This document shows, piece by piece, positions 60,279-64,000 of a stretch of 64,000 nt of DNA. This stretch comes from Chlamydiales bacterium (GTDB lineage Bacteria; Chlamydiota; Chlamydiia; Chlamydiales; JBDQID01), in assembly GCA_047611865.1 (NCBI GenBank), contig JBLFWS010000001.1, positions 32,001 through 96,000 on the forward strand, read 5' to 3'. Numbering within the stretch: position 1 is the stretch's first letter; each line of letters begins with the position of its first letter. The notes below the pieces were generated by a model. The model was not told the DNA's origin and made no database searches. It worked only from the letters and a program-made list of their open reading frames with translations. The position numbers and the translations under genes are program-made.

Positions 60279-60399
60279 GTCCTGTTTTCAATCGGACCCA
60301 ACTCACTTGCTTGTCTAAGTATGGAGAGTTATGACCAGTCCCAAATCAAAACAAAATGCTCTTAAAATCAGGCATCCCTTAATTTTAATACACGACCTA
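60276..60399. mobile_element. MITE-like element, copy 2 (left-deleted, 124 bp)
   Basis: Starts TAGGTC, shares the core CCCAACTCAC..CTTGTCTAAGTATGGAGAGTT, ends with the same 20-mer TAATTTTAATACACGACCTA. Confidence 0.75.
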
Positions 60400-60426
60400 G
60401 ATTTCAAGTGTCTGGAGTAGGGGGAA

Positions 60427-61293
60427 TCAACTGGTGTAAGAGTCTATTCTGTTAAACCATCCTTTTAACCATCGGTGTTCATTGCGTTCTTTGGGAGAGT
60501 TTTGAACCCGGAGTTTTAGGACTTTTTTCGCTGAAAGTGCAAAGGCTTTTACGGGATCTTCTTTACTGAGTTTGTCATCCATATTATTTAGAACCTGTAG
60601 CAAGCCCCATCCCTGTTTATTGTAACTTTCTTTTGCCGAGTAACCCTCTCCTTTAAAGTTAACATAGTCAATAAGAGCATATAGTCCTTTTGGCGCATTG
60701 GCGACAAGGAAGAAATTTTGAGAGATGTGGTTTTTTTGTTTTTTGGGAAGTTTCTGGGTAATTTGTGGTAGCGTTTTCTCTAAACGTTTTGTAATGAACA
60801 CAGCTTGGAGGTCCATTGTGTTGTAGAGGAGTTGGCGAAGTTCATTCATTTTACGGCCGTGGAATTCATTTTTAAATGCAGCCCGAGTTTTCCAAGGGCA
60901 ATATCGAGAGGTTTCTAACCAGCGTGGAAGTTTGACGCCCTCTTCTTTTAAGAATTCCAGTAGTTGAGGAAATCGTTCTTTAAAAGGACCTTTATAAGCT
61001 TTTGGATACCAGATAAAGTGACCTATTCCTAGGGAGGGGAAGCTTTCATTTTGGCTCCAAAAGGTTAGGTTGTGAACTTTGTTTCCACATTCATTTTTCC
61101 ATATAAGTTTGCCGATTTCGAGGGCTTTTTCTTTAGAGATATTTAAGTGCGCTTGTTTTTTGTTGTGCTCAACTGAAATTTCAGATTGTTTTACGAGAGA
61201 TCCCGTGTCCCTGGTTTTTACTTGGCACCCGTAGGGCAGGAAAAGGAAAAGTGTTTGGATGGCTACAAGAGATGCTGTTCTGAGATATTTCAT
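60427..61293 (-). CDS. Exported protein/lipoprotein, possibly lysozyme-like (CT642-like by position)
   Basis: Signal peptide ending PYGC; IWKNEC, SLGIGHFIWYP, DYVNFKGEG, GWFNRI. Confidence 0.6.
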   Translation of the reverse strand: MKYLRTASLVAIQTLFLFLPYGCQVKTRDTGSLVKQSEISVEHNKKQAHLNISKEKALEIGKLIWKNECGNKVHNLTFWSQNESFPSLGIGHFIWYPKAYKGPFKERFPQLLEFLKEEGVKLPRWLETSRYCPWKTRAAFKNEFHGRKMNELRQLLYNTMDLQAVFITKRLEKTLPQITQKLPKKQKNHISQNFFLVANAPKGLYALIDYVNFKGEGYSAKESYNKQGWGLLQVLNNMDDKLSKEDPVKAFALSAKKVLKLRVQNSPKERNEHRWLKGWFNRIDSYTS

Positions 61294-61299
61294 AAGGGC

Positions 61300-63051
61300 T
61301 TAGTCGTGGTGGGGTTTTCGAATTGGACCAAAAGAGATGCTTACAGACCAAGGGAAGCCTTTTAGTAAATCAATAAGTTTACCCGATTCAGGATGCAGAG
61401 GTTTTTCATCAATGGTGACGGGAATGATGAAGTAGGAGGTGTGCTCGAAGAATTCGTGGAATTCTTCCATATATTTTTTCATCACGTTGTTATTGTCTTC
61501 GTTTACTTTTGTAAAAATACAGACAGTGAATCCTTTGTCCAGGCCTGCTTTGGCGATGTTACAAACTTTTTCTCTTTCCTCTTCGAGGTAGTGAGGGGGA
61601 ATCAGAACGACTCGGAAAAGTCTAAAAAATCTTTTCATCCAGATGTTTTTATATCGGTCGCTTTCAATGAGAAATCGCAAGGGGGGTCTCTGGATGCTTG
61701 TTAAAAGTAATGTATCAATCCAGGAGGAGGGGCGGTCACAAAGGATGAGTGAGGGAGATTTGGTGGGGACATTGTCGTAGCCAGAAACGTTAAGATTGAA
61801 AAATATTTTAGACAGCGTGTGAGAAGAAAAGCGTAAAAAGAAATCCAGAGTTGCCATCGTAATGGCAATTGTAATGCCTAGGCAGATAAAGCTCATGATG
61901 AGGAAGCCTTTCGCTGCTTGTAAATGCAGAATTTCACTCAAAATATAGATGAGAGCCGATGCACATAGAACACCAACGAAGCCGAGGAAATTGGTGGCGG
62001 CGACCATTTGCCCCCTTGCATGATCAGGACTGAAGGCTTGAATAAATGAGTCGAAAGGAACAACCCAGATGCCTCCAAAAAGTCCTGTTAAAATAACGAC
62101 GGGGATGACAACGGATAGTTTTGTGGAAAAGAAGTAGAGAAGAAAGCAACAAATAACCATTCCCAATCCTGCAAATGGAGCGAGACCTAATTCTACATGT
62201 GAGCCTGAAAGCTTTCCTGCAATAGCGGAGCCTGTTCCAATTCCAATCGCGGTTATTAGAAAGAGGTAGCTTCCTTGTACGTCTGTCAGTTCGAGCGATT
62301 GTATAGCAAAGGGAATGATATTGAGCTGCATGTATGCGCCCATAAAGAGAAAAAAGGCAGATCCCCACATGGCACAATAGAGGCGATTATGTTGTCTGGC
62401 ACTTTTCAAAGTTGTGTATACTTCAGATAGAAAGAAGTCGAATTTTTTTTTGGCTCCTGCCGGAGGAGTGAATTCAATTTGGAGGCTTGTCCAAAGCCCT
62501 ATAATTGCGATAAGGGTGCAGATGAGTGATGCGACTATGAAGTTTCTTCCGGAGACTTCGGTGAGAAAGCCAGCCAGAAAGGTTCCCACGATAATGGCAA
62601 GGAAGGTGAAAGTGGTAAGTAGTCCATTTGCTTGGGAGAGTCGTTCATAGCTTACAAGCTCAGGTACGATGCCGTATTTAGAGGGGCTGAAGATGGCACT
62701 TTGGGTAGCCATAAGAAAAAGGATGGAGTAGGCACCTACAGAGCTACCGAGAAAAAAAGCAAGAACACCTAAAGACATTACCAATATTTCGAGGGCTTTG
62801 CTGAAAACGATGATGTTGCGTTTGCTGAAGCGGTCAGCAAGTTTTCCGGAGGGGGTGGAGAAGAGAAGAAAGGGGATAACGAATATTCCGCCGGCATAAG
62901 CCATGATACGAGGGCTTTCGTTAACGCCTTGCATATCGATAAGGAAAAATATAATTAGAAATTTGAATACATTATCGTTCAATGCACCAAGAAATTGTGT
63001 GGCATTGAGGTAGGTAAAAGAGCTTGAGAATTTTCCGGAGAGGAGTTTCAT
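61300..63051 (-). CDS. LplT/YgeD-type MFS transporter with a degenerate acyltransferase-like domain (paralog B)
   Basis: TQFLGALNDN, GKLADRFSKR, FSPSKYGIVPE; divergent from recC. Confidence 0.85.
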   Translation of the reverse strand: MKLLSGKFSSSFTYLNATQFLGALNDNVFKFLIIFFLIDMQGVNESPRIMAYAGGIFVIPFLLFSTPSGKLADRFSKRNIIVFSKALEILVMSLGVLAFFLGSSVGAYSILFLMATQSAIFSPSKYGIVPELVSYERLSQANGLLTTFTFLAIIVGTFLAGFLTEVSGRNFIVASLICTLIAIIGLWTSLQIEFTPPAGAKKKFDFFLSEVYTTLKSARQHNRLYCAMWGSAFFLFMGAYMQLNIIPFAIQSLELTDVQGSYLFLITAIGIGTGSAIAGKLSGSHVELGLAPFAGLGMVICCFLLYFFSTKLSVVIPVVILTGLFGGIWVVPFDSFIQAFSPDHARGQMVAATNFLGFVGVLCASALIYILSEILHLQAAKGFLIMSFICLGITIAITMATLDFFLRFSSHTLSKIFFNLNVSGYDNVPTKSPSLILCDRPSSWIDTLLLTSIQRPPLRFLIESDRYKNIWMKRFFRLFRVVLIPPHYLEEEREKVCNIAKAGLDKGFTVCIFTKVNEDNNNVMKKYMEEFHEFFEHTSYFIIPVTIDEKPLHPESGKLIDLLKGFPWSVSISFGPIRKPHHD

Positions 63052-63386
63052 GTTTTAAGCCGTTTGTATTTCTGTTGGGATAATAGCGAGCAAAATATTA
63101 GTTTCCCCATGGTAGGAAATAGTGAAAATATTTTATCACATGAAGATATGAGTGTCGAGAGTAGAATTTTCCCTATAAAAGAATGGAGGGGTTTCTATCT
63201 TAATATTATTAATGAGCTAATTATTGACATTAGAATATATCTTAAGATGGGTAATAGTACATTAGTAATAGAGCAAAAAGCAAGGTTTTAAAGTGTTTGA
63301 TGAAGGGAGCTTTTTGCTGCGATGAATTTCATTACGAGCTATTCTTGAAACCCAATGGGCTAAATTAATCTTTTTCAGGAATTCTC

Positions 63387-64000
63387 ATGTCTGATCCCGT
63401 CATCTTTTACAGTAATGAATTAGAGCCTTTATACCAGCGTCTTCGACGACTTTTATTTAACGAAAGCGTCGGGCCGTTTGCGAAACGCATTGTTGTGGTT
63501 CCCCATCAACTTTTAAAGCATTGGTTATTTTTTCGTATGGCCCAAGATCCAGAGGTTGGGGTGGCAGCTGGAGTGGAGATATCTTTTTTAAATCATATTG
63601 ATGCAAAGCTGGAACAAAATGGGATACTGAAACCAGGAACGAATGAAGGGCTTAAAGCGGTTTCTATTTTGGAGTTGAGCTTTCGCCTTGAAATAGAAAT
63701 TATAAAGATCCTTTCTAATTTCAGTACAATGCTTCCTGAAGAGCAGGAGGTATGGAAACCTTTAATGGATTACTTGAAATTTCGGGGGCAGGTTTTTTGG
63801 ACAGTAAGGGTTAAAAAGAGACTTATACTACTCTGTGAAAGGCTTTCTAGGCTATTTTCGCAATATGAGCGCTTTGGGGAAGGGGTTGTTTCAGGGTGGG
63901 AGATTTTGAGCTTACTTGCTTGGCAAGAACGGCTTTGGGTAAAGTTATTTGGCGAGGAGGGGGCATATTTACCTTTTTTCAAAAAAACTTCGGCGGAGAT
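63387..64000 (+). CDS. recC: Exodeoxyribonuclease V gamma chain, runs off the right edge (not in ORF track)
   Basis: Manual translation: MSDPVIFYSNELEPLY...PFAKRIVVVPHQLLKHWL..MA....GVAAGVE, the RecC N-terminal pattern. Confidence 0.85.
   Translation, partial: MSDPVIFYSNELEPLYQRLRRLLFNESVGPFAKRIVVVPHQLLKHWLFFRMAQDPEVGVAAGVEISFLNHIDAKLEQNGILKPGTNEGLKAVSILELSFRLEIEIIKILSNFSTMLPEEQEVWKPLMDYLKFRGQVFWTVRVKKRLILLCERLSRLFSQYERFGEGVVSGWEILSLLAWQERLWVKLFGEEGAYLPFFKKTSAE

Noticed and set aside
855..63982. Many 60-160 aa ORFs antisense to or nested in called genes, plus 45131-45376, 52837-53091 and 63064-63291
   Set aside because: Shadow frames or AT-rich intergenic ORFs without motifs or a convincing RBS.
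1..64000. CRISPR array, rRNA, prophage
   Set aside because: No regularly spaced repeats, rRNA-like sequence or phage structural genes were seen.

Overview
This is a chromosomal segment of an environmental member of the phylum Chlamydiae. The assignment rests on chlamydia-type gene blocks recalled from C. trachomatis: dus-yggT-CT646/647/648-like-ygfA-recA, ispA-glmU, an 84-aa CT631-like gene with tRNA-Pro, CT584-like-pGP6D-parA-thrS, and MFS-recC. From left to right the window holds: (1) a 13-kb minus-strand cluster for an unusual nucleotide sugar or surface glycan, interrupted by a MITE-like element and a REP-like hairpin; (2) an MFS transporter and an ankyrin protein with a YopT-like Cys-His-Asp protease domain; (3) an 11-kb respiratory operon joining an NAD(P)/FAD/Fe-S oxidoreductase, a Rieske/cytochrome b complex, a 7-heme cytochrome c and a cbb3-type oxidase, including an unannotated 47-aa CcoS-like gene; (4) an intact but apparently catalytically dead IS1634-type transposase coupled to sfsA; (5) core genes up to recA, ispA and glmU; (6) the probable replication origin, where GC skew flips and two DnaA-box clusters carry three box-box-GCC-(GAA)n modules around a sigma54-driven flgB-flgC-fliE operon, ung and tRNA-Pro; (7) a Slam-like TPR barrel, tatA/tatC, partition genes, thrS, an outer membrane protein, a TylF methyltransferase, a second MITE copy, a second MFS paralog and the start of recC. 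All calls come from motif reading and recalled family knowledge; no database search was run.
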